Positions 21,701 to 29,404 of a stretch of 64,000 bases of DNA are shown piece by piece (the stretch's first letter is position 1; each line of letters starts with the position of its first letter). The notes under the pieces are model-generated. The model ran no database searches and had not been told where the DNA came from. It worked only from the letters and a program-made list of their open reading frames with translations. The stretch covers positions 961,130-1,025,129 of the forward strand of contig JBAZBY010000001.1 of assembly GCA_041671225.1 (NCBI GenBank), written 5' to 3'. This DNA comes from Patescibacteria group bacterium. GTDB taxonomy: Bacteria > Patescibacteriota > Patescibacteriia > JBAZBY01. Both the position numbers and the translations under genes were made by a program.

Positions 21701-21907
21701 GCTGTGGCAACTGCGGATAATGCAAGCAAGATCGCTGATCAGGCTGATGTGGAAGTCCGCCCGGGACGCGTCCTTGCGGCAACCGGCGCAGGAACGCTTG
21801 AATACGCAATGGGTATTCTCGCAACACTACTCCTCGCGCTAGGGTTTGCTGGCATCGCCCGCTACGCCCAAAAGCGCCGCGAAGACGAATTGCAGAAAAC
21901 TGCATAA
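15800..21907 (+). CDS. Giant sortase-anchored adhesin (vWA, SpaA/SdrD-B-like Ig repeats, dockerin-like insert, DUF11 repeats)
   Basis: Signal peptide, MIDAS motif DSSGS, repeated CTFTNTR units, GVKFNDLNGNG, LTISK..YTITVTN repeats, C-terminal LAATG + TM + basic tail. Start placed at MIQLV. Confidence 0.88.
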   Translation: MIQLVIKHKTKQRLVKAVNVFVQFTFVVYSVGFGFLAAPMQANAASTPIIGEAEDTAGLVTTTDTKQLAPAAETVTTDATCPTGDVHAYVSATGPLVYDLGHYDGSATITGNATTAHWAVSPGYTISKVCIKIDGPDGGSLITNLDPPAVGTYTKDQYDIISIVLYTDLTPYTNPRLANSCGLDIALVIDSSGSIDTGELLDMKNAYHAFVNALLPATPTQFGVVEFDTNVVTPTLSFTNIATTVNDRIDDAESEGWTNWADALEETSRLPFKNRTNPDLVIFASDGNPNTIDINAPAYNAGHYSDTTATNAAMVYSEQIKAAGIRILSVGIGDGLDIENLKAISGPNVNTGNILTSDVITTSFTTLAADLAKVATTLCGGTITVTKNVDGTPAAGWEFSADVTDGTVDPVSGTTTGTEGQVTFDISDIGANGATASITETTQNGFALNDASCSDQNKHEVGTFNPQTHSVDGIPVSQQDIISCTFNNLTQKGDLTVIKHVVGGTAQASNWTMNINNGVGSFPGSETGTQKTVTPGIYTVTESGGPSGYTLTYSGDCNAQGVVSVASNEDKTCTLTNTRDTGDLTIVKQDQNQQRMPGVVFSVDGTQYTTDSNGTIVVPAPVYTGEHTVLETSPDGYTFSSVTGTNCTNSNPSIATVVTEGTTCTFTNTRNTATITFDKVVLGGGPAMDQDWTFTIDGQAGSWKDGQSVALPTGTGPYTVHESSAYDAQYTLTGASGACSLVKGEIKLNVGDENATCTVTNARKTGTITVNKKFDDNGDGQIDRTNPGTWTWDVVGGTQNNAGGATLTLPTGPYTLTEDTIADYNSSWTCTDTTSGNGVSIATTLGASQDLTCTFTNTRKTGNVTFEKVVATGTANPSAWTFTIDGIVGTFNHGQRISLPTGDYTVTEHGPAGYSKTGASGICGALTAPTLSAAFTPIMEGTAIMHVTEDGGTCTFTNERDTGTITVLKNVDMDGDGDIDVFGATDWSWNITNGQQNIATGQVVEVETGAYTITENQKPGYHVTNVTCNDNNFGASISADIMVNKDQNVTCSFINTRDTGTVTFNKVIPGYPDAKTLFEFRADGRIFHDNESGTFQTGEYTVTENDVEGYSFDSASGICEYDEKTHDITMNVTADGGTCIITNTRDIGTISGVKFNDLNGNGVRDAGEPGVANVTINANNGMSTTTDGTGAFAFMNVPTGQYAVSEVVPAGWIATTPASVNVTVVKNETASVAFGNFKLGTITGMKFNDVNGDGQGDDEDGLKNWTIQLWVCNPLVLDTNSDSDFGLDDATRFTMAYKTGDVSGSDANGNGIIDTADLKCAKDAYSDGILNPIASTLTDEDGEYSFNDLGPGTYFITEVQQDGWQQTAPASGYHQVQLTSGANITDKDFGNFQLGRISGYKYDTQENWLNGWEICLMPVVGQQDDLALTSISESEDNCVITGSGEWPDGYYEFTDLFAGMYTVQETQQSGWKQVSPNDPGTYTVEVTSGTGYGESELYDFVNRQLFPDLTISKDDGLAQAEPGATLTYAITVTNNGEYDAHGVFILDTLPAHVTYVSDTSGVSVNQSGTTLMWDFPALTLAAGESMSFDLTVKIDDIMPTGTTTLTNAIVVSTESVESDLTNNSASDTTTVAAAPIISIAKSDSPDPVEAGALLTYTIDWDVMGNAVATNVTIVDTLDANTSFVSASNSGAYDASTHMVTWNLGDITPLANGSLTLVVRVASPLTNATELVNTVVMDSSENTPVNDDEPTTVTSAPELTITKDVSQVAANPGNKITYTIIVSNLASANAIAKDVTISDTLPNGFTLASDDKGVYNVNVGDLAPGESESVSFDVIIGKGVTAGAYTNTGIGDADNSEPVDDDAVITVVVPKVLGVDTSAQLTINKTVDKEVINPRGLLLYSVTVTNVGDETATNVTVTDNLPQGFTFVADGAVTKVYAIGDLEPNHSRTITYQVRVAEDAKAGTYTNLAVATADNASKIADQADVEVRPGRVLAATGAGTLEYAMGILATLLLALGFAGIARYAQKRREDELQKTA

Positions 21908-22004
21908 AAATGGCATACTGTGGGAGCCTCTGGTGGCTTTGCTCCGGGGCTCCCACATTGGGAATTATTCATACAAATCAACGTCATTTAAGAAAATCCT
22001 ATCT

Positions 22005-25000
22005 ATGAAGAAATATTACAAACCAGCAAAAATTGCGCTCAATGTAATCGCAATTATTGCCATGGTGTTCTACCCCGGGGGTTTTGCCCTTGTGGGTAAT
22101 GCCGCACATGGCAGCACTACCGGAAACGGAAATCCCGGGAGTATCAAAACAACGAATGTCGACTGCGGAAGCGTTCAGACGAACGTCAACCACTACGACG
22201 TAGGCGACCATGTGTACATCCACGGCAATGGTGACGACAAAGGAAGAACCTTTGATCCAGGCACGTACGACTGGGATATTACAGGAAAACCTGGCAAAGC
22301 TTCACAACATCCAAATACTGTCGTTGCACATGGCAGCTTCACTGTGGATGCCACTGGCATATTCTGCTTTGACGCATACACAATCTTACCTGGTGATGGC
22401 GGAACATATGGCGTGACCTTCAATGACAAACACGACAACTACCGCGTGCACAACCCCGCTGTATGCACCAACCCACTTGATTATGTTGATGACCAAGGAA
22501 ATCTCGGTGAAGATGGTGAGGTCTCGCTTTCTGACGCAACTTATTTCACAAACCTGTTTAAACCGAATAGCCTCACAGCAAAAGACCCTGCAGCTGATGT
22601 GAATGACGATGGCGAGGTTGATGATGATGATAAGAATTGTGCAAAAAAATACTACAGCACCGGTGAATACGCTTGCCCGATTGAATGTGATGATGAAGAG
22701 GGTGGGAAAAAAGACAAGTCAAGTCAACAAACGGTGGAACCAACCACAATCTGCTCCAGTCCATTAGACTATGTCCATGAGGACGGAACACTTGGAGCGG
22801 ATGGCAAGATAGGACTCGGCGATGCTGCAAAGTTTGAAGAGTACTACGCAACGCAAGACTCAAAAGCAAATGTCTACATTGGCAACGAGCTCTCAGAGCA
22901 GGATGTCGTGGACTCGCACGACCAAGTTTGTGCAGATAAGTATTATGCTACCGGTGAATACGCTTGTGCACTTGCTTGCCCGGAAGATTATTTTGATCAA
23001 GAACTCACGCTTAGTACTGAAATCACTCCAAAGAGCAATCCTCTCGTTTTTCAGCCAGTATGCACGGAAGGATCTGCATGGGCAAATGAAGTAATCTCTT
23101 CTGACCAAGGAACTAAAAATGACGGAGGTGTTATTGATCTGAACCGCTCAGATGCAACACAAGTCCTTGGCGCAAATGACGGCGTATTCTTCAGTCTTGG
23201 TCGCAAAATCGACCACCCATATGGCGGTACCATTACGGTAAAATTTGCACATCCAGTGGTAAACATTGCTGGCGCAGATCTCACGCTCTATGAAGTGACC
23301 AATGGCGACCGTGTTGCATATGGCGTTGAGAAAGCACAGGTGTCAGTGAGCCAGGACGGCATCACCTGGGGACTGAGCGGCGAGATCAACAACCAAGCGC
23401 CGACCGGCATCGGAGAGATCGACATTAGCAACACCGGAACCGGTTGGACATGGATTCAATATGTGCAAATTACCGATGCAACGGATTTTGAATCGGAATT
23501 TTCCGGCATCCCATCAGCGGATGGCTACGATCTGAATGCCATACAGGCAACGTATCAACTCTGCTCCTGCGTGAGTCCGCTTGATTTGAACAGCTCAGAC
23601 GGCACCAATGTGCCGGACGGCGAGATCGGTCTCTCCGATGCAACGCTGTGGACGCAGTATTTTCTAAATGATAATCCGCGTTCTGATGTGAACGGAAATG
23701 GCGTCAAAGACTACGGTGATTATCTCTGTGCAAAACCATATTTTGCTGACGGTGGCCCATACACTTGCGACATTGAATGTGCTGCAGTTTGTGGAGACGC
23801 CAGTGTTAATCAAGAAACAGAACAATGCGATGATGGAAACATCACGAGTGGTGACGGCTGTTCCTCGATCTGCCAGATCGAGCCGCAAACAGGCTCCCTC
23901 ACCATCTGCAAATACAATGATGTTGACCTGAACGGGACATACGATGATGGAACTGACCTGCCACTACAATGGAGTATGACCGTTGATGCATTGAGTGGAT
24001 CAAATGAGGGAGATACATGGTTCACTGGAACAAACTCGGAAACCGGCTGTGTAACGCTTGAAGGTTTCCCCTACGGAAACTATGACGTCACTGAGGCTAC
24101 CGTAGAAGGCTGGACTGGCACATACCCAAGCGATACCGATATGCAGAATGTCACTCTTGATGCGGAAACGCCAAACCCTGTTGTTACATTCCTTAATGCC
24201 CAAAACACCCCTGCAAGCCTCACCATCTCAAAAACAGACGGCCTTGAAACCGCGGATGCTGGTGCTACGCTTCCCTATGCAATCACCGTTACCAACACTG
24301 GAGAAACAGAAGCAACAGGCGTTGAAGTTGTTGACGCCATTCCTACAGAAGTTGCCTCTGTGAGTAATATCTCAGATAGCGGCGTGGAAGGTGCCGGAAT
24401 CATCACGTGGGAGAATCTCACGATTCCAGCACTGTCATCCATTACACTAACCTTTGATGGAATACTGAATGCAGAATTCCCTGATGGAACAACGATCGTG
24501 CACAATGAAGCAACGCTCGATTGCAGCGAACCCAATCAGGAATTGAGCTTCGCGGTTCTTGATGTTGTTTGCCCATTCAGCGGCACAGGAACGGATGACA
24601 CGTCGGTAACGATCACCCCAGAAAAAGTAGTCATTACCACTGCACCAATACTTACCATTGAAAAGAATGTGGACAAGTCATCTGTTGTAGCGGGAAGCAA
24701 CGTTACCTACACCATTACGATCACAAACAACGGCGATGGCACTGCAGAAAATGTCGTACTTGCTGATCCTCTGCCAGGCGACTTCTACATCACGCTGAAC
24801 AACAACACTGCATACAATGAATCAGTCGGTGATCTCGCGGCAGGAGACGCGGTAACGACAAGCTACACCGTAACCATTCCGTCAGACACGGCAAATGGTG
24901 ACTATGTGAACACGGCAACGGTCTCTGCAAGCAACTATGCAGATATCAGCGATTCCGCTACCGTCACCGTCTCCCGTCCAGGGAGAGTGCTCGGCGAGGA

Positions 25001-25199
25001 CACGCAGCAGCATCTCGTGGTCCCCGGCACCATCATTGATGACACCACGGCACAACCAACAGGCAAGGTACTCGGCGCGGAAGATCTCGCAGAAACCGGT
25101 GCAGGACTCATGGAATACATCATGTTTACGCTTGCCGCACTTATGATCGGCTTTGGTATCTTCGGCATCCGTAAAGCGAACATCATCAAAAACGACTAA
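22005..25199 (+). CDS. Sortase-anchored surface protein (dockerin/EF-hand-like repeats, Cys-rich repeat, DUF11)
   Basis: Signal peptide, three CxxPLD...DGxIGLxDA repeats, CGD...EQCDDGN...GDGCSSICQIE, LAETG + TM + basic tail. Confidence 0.85.
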   Translation: MKKYYKPAKIALNVIAIIAMVFYPGGFALVGNAAHGSTTGNGNPGSIKTTNVDCGSVQTNVNHYDVGDHVYIHGNGDDKGRTFDPGTYDWDITGKPGKASQHPNTVVAHGSFTVDATGIFCFDAYTILPGDGGTYGVTFNDKHDNYRVHNPAVCTNPLDYVDDQGNLGEDGEVSLSDATYFTNLFKPNSLTAKDPAADVNDDGEVDDDDKNCAKKYYSTGEYACPIECDDEEGGKKDKSSQQTVEPTTICSSPLDYVHEDGTLGADGKIGLGDAAKFEEYYATQDSKANVYIGNELSEQDVVDSHDQVCADKYYATGEYACALACPEDYFDQELTLSTEITPKSNPLVFQPVCTEGSAWANEVISSDQGTKNDGGVIDLNRSDATQVLGANDGVFFSLGRKIDHPYGGTITVKFAHPVVNIAGADLTLYEVTNGDRVAYGVEKAQVSVSQDGITWGLSGEINNQAPTGIGEIDISNTGTGWTWIQYVQITDATDFESEFSGIPSADGYDLNAIQATYQLCSCVSPLDLNSSDGTNVPDGEIGLSDATLWTQYFLNDNPRSDVNGNGVKDYGDYLCAKPYFADGGPYTCDIECAAVCGDASVNQETEQCDDGNITSGDGCSSICQIEPQTGSLTICKYNDVDLNGTYDDGTDLPLQWSMTVDALSGSNEGDTWFTGTNSETGCVTLEGFPYGNYDVTEATVEGWTGTYPSDTDMQNVTLDAETPNPVVTFLNAQNTPASLTISKTDGLETADAGATLPYAITVTNTGETEATGVEVVDAIPTEVASVSNISDSGVEGAGIITWENLTIPALSSITLTFDGILNAEFPDGTTIVHNEATLDCSEPNQELSFAVLDVVCPFSGTGTDDTSVTITPEKVVITTAPILTIEKNVDKSSVVAGSNVTYTITITNNGDGTAENVVLADPLPGDFYITLNNNTAYNESVGDLAAGDAVTTSYTVTIPSDTANGDYVNTATVSASNYADISDSATVTVSRPGRVLGEDTQQHLVVPGTIIDDTTAQPTGKVLGAEDLAETGAGLMEYIMFTLAALMIGFGIFGIRKANIIKND

Positions 25200-25837
25200 T
25201 GACAGAAACCCGTAGTGAGGATCACACGGGGGAAACACGAGGAGGGCGAAAACGAATCGTACTCCTCGCTGTTTCCATAGGTCTTCTCTTGATTGGTGCG
25301 GCGCTCATTGCATATCCGTTTCTCCCGCGCATCAAATACGCGCTTCTCAAACCAGAGCCACAGTTTCCATACCAGTCCCGCCTCATTGATGAGAATCCTG
25401 AACTCGCTTCCCTTCCAGAAACCGCGTTCAAGCCAGTCCCAGAGGATAATCGCCTGGTCATTCCAAAAATAGGCGTTGACGTCGCGATCGTGGAAGGGGC
25501 AGACCAAAATGCACTGAATCGCGGTATCTGGCACATCCCTGACACATCAAACCCGACACTGGGCGGCAACACCGTTCTCTCTGGTCACCGCTTCCAATAC
25601 CTCCCGCCGAGTTCGCAGACGCTTTATCTGCTGGACAAGCTGGAAACACATGATGACATCATCATCTACTGGGAAGGCAAAGAATATGATTACAAGGTAA
25701 CCGGCCGCGATATCATTCTCCCAACGCAAGTTGAAATATTAGAGAACACCAGTAACGCACAATTGACGCTCTTCACGTGCACACCGCTCTTCACGACATC
25801 AAAACGTTTAGTTATCTTTAGCGAACAAGTGAGCTAA
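25199..25837 (+). CDS. Sortase (class D/E-like)
   Basis: N-terminal TM, LVIPKIGV, catalytic His (SGHR), TLFTC and Arg (KRLV). Confidence 0.93.
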   Translation: MTETRSEDHTGETRGGRKRIVLLAVSIGLLLIGAALIAYPFLPRIKYALLKPEPQFPYQSRLIDENPELASLPETAFKPVPEDNRLVIPKIGVDVAIVEGADQNALNRGIWHIPDTSNPTLGGNTVLSGHRFQYLPPSSQTLYLLDKLETHDDIIIYWEGKEYDYKVTGRDIILPTQVEILENTSNAQLTLFTCTPLFTTSKRLVIFSEQVS

Positions 25838-25839
25838 TT

Positions 25840-26928
25840 ATGAAAAAAAATATGTTAACTGTGCTTCATGGGGGGCTGGCACGGATTCTCGTTCTCTTCA
25901 TTGTTATACTCGGTCTTGGTGTGCCTGCCGCACATGCACAAATGGGCCCGGTAACAGAAATCCAGCTCTCAGAAACAAAGAGCACCGTAACAAGCGATAA
26001 CATCGTTCCCTTTCTTGTACATGCGCTTGATGCAGCGGGAAACGTAGAAGAGGTCACCGCAGATGCGGTCTTCTCGGAAAATGATCCATTTGGTGACTTT
26101 TCTGCGAATGTCTACTTCCCTGGCATGGTAGGAACATGGGATGTACAGGCAACTTATAATGGTTTCGCCGTGCAAACCACCATCACTGTAACAGAAGGTC
26201 CATTGGCAACCATCGTTATCAACCCGAATACGAATCCGGAAATCATCAATATGAATGAAACGCGCGCATTCATTGCGCAGGGTTTTGACGCGGATAACAA
26301 TATTGTTGCTGAGTTGTCACCAACGTGGGCTGTCCAAGGGACTGCGGGTACCATTGATGAATCAAGTGGAGTCTTTACGGCAAAAGCTGAAGGGGATGCC
26401 ACAATCACCGCAACAATGGGCGACGTGAGTGCTGCGGCACGCATCACGGTCAAAAAAATTGCGACCGGCGAAGAAACGCCTCCAGTGCCTCCACCAGCGC
26501 CAGCAACAACCACGAACACAAACACTTCATCTCCAGCAACAACCGGTGAGGTGCTTGGCGAAGAAACCGAAGATGAACAGGCCGCGCAAGTTGATGAAGT
26601 GACGGAAGTGACAGCAGAAAACGTAACAACGACTGCGGAAGAAGCCGTAACCGAAGATTGCGCCACCTATGCATGGTGGGTGTGGATGCTCGGTATTATC
26701 GTCTACCTCGTCTTGCTTGGTGTTTATTACTACACCGTTCGCATGCGTAATGAGCTTACGATCTGGATCGCTCCGGTGATCCTCACTGCCGCAGGTCTCT
26801 GGGCATTCTTTGCTCTTACCTGTGCAGGACACTTCCTCTGGGTTCCCTGGATACTCGTGATCGGCGGACTCCTTGTGACGCTCTTCCGCCCACGTGAATT
26901 CCAACCAGAAAACGGCCAGGAGCTCTAA
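25840..26928 (+). CDS. Secreted Ig-like protein with a C-terminal membrane anchor
   Basis: Signal peptide, Ig-like (Big_2-type) repeats, P/T-rich linker, three C-terminal TM helices. Confidence 0.75.
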   Translation: MKKNMLTVLHGGLARILVLFIVILGLGVPAAHAQMGPVTEIQLSETKSTVTSDNIVPFLVHALDAAGNVEEVTADAVFSENDPFGDFSANVYFPGMVGTWDVQATYNGFAVQTTITVTEGPLATIVINPNTNPEIINMNETRAFIAQGFDADNNIVAELSPTWAVQGTAGTIDESSGVFTAKAEGDATITATMGDVSAAARITVKKIATGEETPPVPPPAPATTTNTNTSSPATTGEVLGEETEDEQAAQVDEVTEVTAENVTTTAEEAVTEDCATYAWWVWMLGIIVYLVLLGVYYYTVRMRNELTIWIAPVILTAAGLWAFFALTCAGHFLWVPWILVIGGLLVTLFRPREFQPENGQEL

Positions 26929-26957
26929 ACCTCCTGCTCAGTAGTACGCTCACTTAC

Positions 26958-26988
26958 AAATACCCTCCGCAGATTGCGGAGGGTATTT
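26958..26988. terminator. Bidirectional terminator
   Basis: AAATACCCTCCGCA-GAT-TGCGGAGGGTATTT between convergent genes. Confidence 0.8.
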
Positions 26989-27003
26989 TGTATAATAAAA
27001 GAG

Positions 27004-27819
27004 TTAGCGCATGAAAAGCGCCACGCCAATGAGGGCGATTGCAAGCACAATACGGTACCATGCAAAGGGGCGCATGGTGCCGCTCCGAAGAAACGCAAGA
27101 AGAAAGCGCAACGCGAATACTCCAGTGGCAGTGGCGGCCAAAAATCCTACACCGACGATCCCCTGATCCTGCCCAGAAAGACCCGCCAGATTCGGCAGCA
27201 GCAATGCTCCGGCTCCAAATACCGCAGGGATGGAAAGGAGAAAAGAAAAACGCGCGGCGTCGCCGCGAACAAAACCAAATGCCATTGCGATAATAATGGT
27301 GATCCCGGAACGTGACACGCCAGGAATAAGGGCAAAAGCCTGTGCGGTTCCTATAAGAAGCGCCATGCGATAGGAAATTTCAGAAAGCGTTTTTGTACCC
27401 CGATAACGCCGCTCCACAAAAAGAAACAACAACGCAATGACGAACAGAAGCGTTGCAACAACCCATGGCGTTCGCAATGTTTCTTCTACATCAAATTTTT
27501 GCAAAAGCAGACCAAAAACGACCGCCGGTATCGTGCCAACGAGAATCCGCCATGCGAGCTTTTCATGAAGACTCCAATCCCGCGCGGCATGGCGAAGACT
27601 GGTAAAAAAACCGCGCGCGAGTTGAACGATATCCTTCCAAAAGAAAATAATGAGCGCGACGAGCGTCCCCCAGTGGAGCGCGACATCAAACGCAAGATCA
27701 TTTTTGACAGAAATACCGATGAGATCATGCAAAAGCACAAGATGTCCTGAAGATGAAACGGGAAAGAATTCCGTTATCCCTTGAACGATTCCAAAAAGAA
27801 TTGCTATAATGTGATCCAT
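27004..27819 (-). CDS. uppP: Undecaprenyl-diphosphatase BacA/UppP
   Basis: QGITEFFPVSSSGH and PGVSRSG motifs. Confidence 0.96.
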   Translation of the reverse strand: MDHIIAILFGIVQGITEFFPVSSSGHLVLLHDLIGISVKNDLAFDVALHWGTLVALIIFFWKDIVQLARGFFTSLRHAARDWSLHEKLAWRILVGTIPAVVFGLLLQKFDVEETLRTPWVVATLLFVIALLFLFVERRYRGTKTLSEISYRMALLIGTAQAFALIPGVSRSGITIIIAMAFGFVRGDAARFSFLLSIPAVFGAGALLLPNLAGLSGQDQGIVGVGFLAATATGVFALRFLLAFLRSGTMRPFAWYRIVLAIALIGVALFMR

Positions 27820-28254
27820 ATGGAAGCTATACCAAAACTACTTGCGATCCCTGCTCTTGTGGGCATTCTTGTTGCCTTTATTAAAATCGTTGATGCCATC
27901 GCAAAGCATGAACTTTCATGGAAGACCTTCACCGCGTATGGCGGCATGCCCTCGTTCCATACCGCATTCGTCGTATCGCTCACGACCGTCGTGGGAATGA
28001 ATGAAGGCATTGATTCTGCTGCTTTTGCCATTGCGGCGATATTCTCAATGATTGTCATACGTGACGCGATGGGATTCCGCAGATACATTGGAGCCCAAGC
28101 GCGTATCGTCAATTCTCTCACAGCGGTCAAAAAGACTCAAATGAAAGCCCTGGAGCCTCTTGAAGAACGCGTCGGACACACTCCGCTAGAAGTTCTTATG
28201 GGAGGCATTATTGGCTTCGTGCTTTCCGCTTCTCTTTACCTCATTCTCCCTTAA
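27820..28254 (+). CDS. Divergent PAP2 family (DUF212) membrane protein
   Basis: GGMPSFHTA, DAMGFRR and ERVGHTPLEV motifs. Confidence 0.9.
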   Translation: MEAIPKLLAIPALVGILVAFIKIVDAIAKHELSWKTFTAYGGMPSFHTAFVVSLTTVVGMNEGIDSAAFAIAAIFSMIVIRDAMGFRRYIGAQARIVNSLTAVKKTQMKALEPLEERVGHTPLEVLMGGIIGFVLSASLYLILP

Positions 28255-29030
28255 GGAGCAAGCTCATCCGTAACAATATCCTGCGCCCGCTGCTGAATAT
28301 CCTCAGCGGTATTTTGTAATTGCTGCTTCACGCGGAACAAGCCTGTATTCATGAGCCGGGTACGCACCGTCTCACCTGCCTCTGCGCGGAGCGACTCCGC
28401 TGTCTCGCCCAATTGTTCCTGTAATTCAATTGCCTTGTGGCTCTGTCGTACGCGATCAAAGGTCTTCACGAGTCCATCCGCTGCACCCTCCATTGTACTC
28501 ACGACGTACTCTTTTTGCTCTTCAGGAACCTGCTCATAGAGTTGTTGCAATGTCTCCTGATGACGCACCGCATGACTGCTTAATGTATCAACCAAAGCAT
28601 CCACGCCCTGGTTCGTTGTTGCCTCATCCAAAGCCGTGTCAGCGGCATCGGCAATCTCATCACGCAACGCGATACCCTTTTGTTCAGCAAACCGTTCCAG
28701 TTGTCCCTGTGCGCGCTCCATATGCTTCTCAAAGCGGTGCGTGAGTCTCTCTGTCCATCTCTTGCACGTTTCTGCTGCTTTCTCGCTATCACAAATCTTT
28801 TGTAGTTCAACAAGCCGCTCATTTGCGCGTTCAAGGTCAAAAAGAGCGCGCTGCTCTGGATCACGAATAAACAATCCCTGAATCCCCTCTCCCCAGCTAT
28901 CAAGGAGGTAAAATGGCGAACTTGGCGTGAGCCCGGCATCACCGAGATCAGCAGATTCAACAGTATCCTGTGCAGACACAGACGCGATACTGACAAAAAG
29001 GAAAAAGGCGAAAACGATAAAATATTTCAT
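28251..29030 (-). CDS. Secreted helical protein (DUF5667-like)
   Basis: Signal peptide, then the GLTPSSPFYLLD...ANERLVE pattern. Confidence 0.7.
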   Translation of the reverse strand: MKYFIVFAFFLFVSIASVSAQDTVESADLGDAGLTPSSPFYLLDSWGEGIQGLFIRDPEQRALFDLERANERLVELQKICDSEKAAETCKRWTERLTHRFEKHMERAQGQLERFAEQKGIALRDEIADAADTALDEATTNQGVDALVDTLSSHAVRHQETLQQLYEQVPEEQKEYVVSTMEGAADGLVKTFDRVRQSHKAIELQEQLGETAESLRAEAGETVRTRLMNTGLFRVKQQLQNTAEDIQQRAQDIVTDELAP

Positions 29031-29359
29031 AGTGCGCTTAAAAGTGAATCATCATCCATTTGCACCCAAGTATCCTGGGTATCGTTCCATTGATATACCG
29101 TCACAAAATCAACGGTATCCTCATCTGAATAGACTTTTTCAATCGTCGACTCGGCGCCAATACGATGCGCCACCATGCCCTTCTCGCCAACAATACGCGG
29201 CCGCTTGGTGCGTTCAAGTTTCATCATGCCAGCGGGACCTTCAAATTCGAACGACTCAATAATACCCCTGCCATCAAGGATACTTTCTTTCTCATATTCG
29301 TGATCCGGAAAGGCGTTCCGGATTTTTTCTGCTACTTCCTTCCAACGTTCATCGGTCAT
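29027..29359 (-). CDS. Conserved hypothetical protein
   Basis: 110-aa ORF overlapping the next gene by 4 nt. Confidence 0.7.
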   Translation of the reverse strand: MTDERWKEVAEKIRNAFPDHEYEKESILDGRGIIESFEFEGPAGMMKLERTKRPRIVGEKGMVAHRIGAESTIEKVYSDEDTVDFVTVYQWNDTQDTWVQMDDDSLLSAL

Positions 29360-29404
29360 AGGTGTAGTATACCATGCCCCATCTTAATGGCGAATATTCG
29401 CCAA

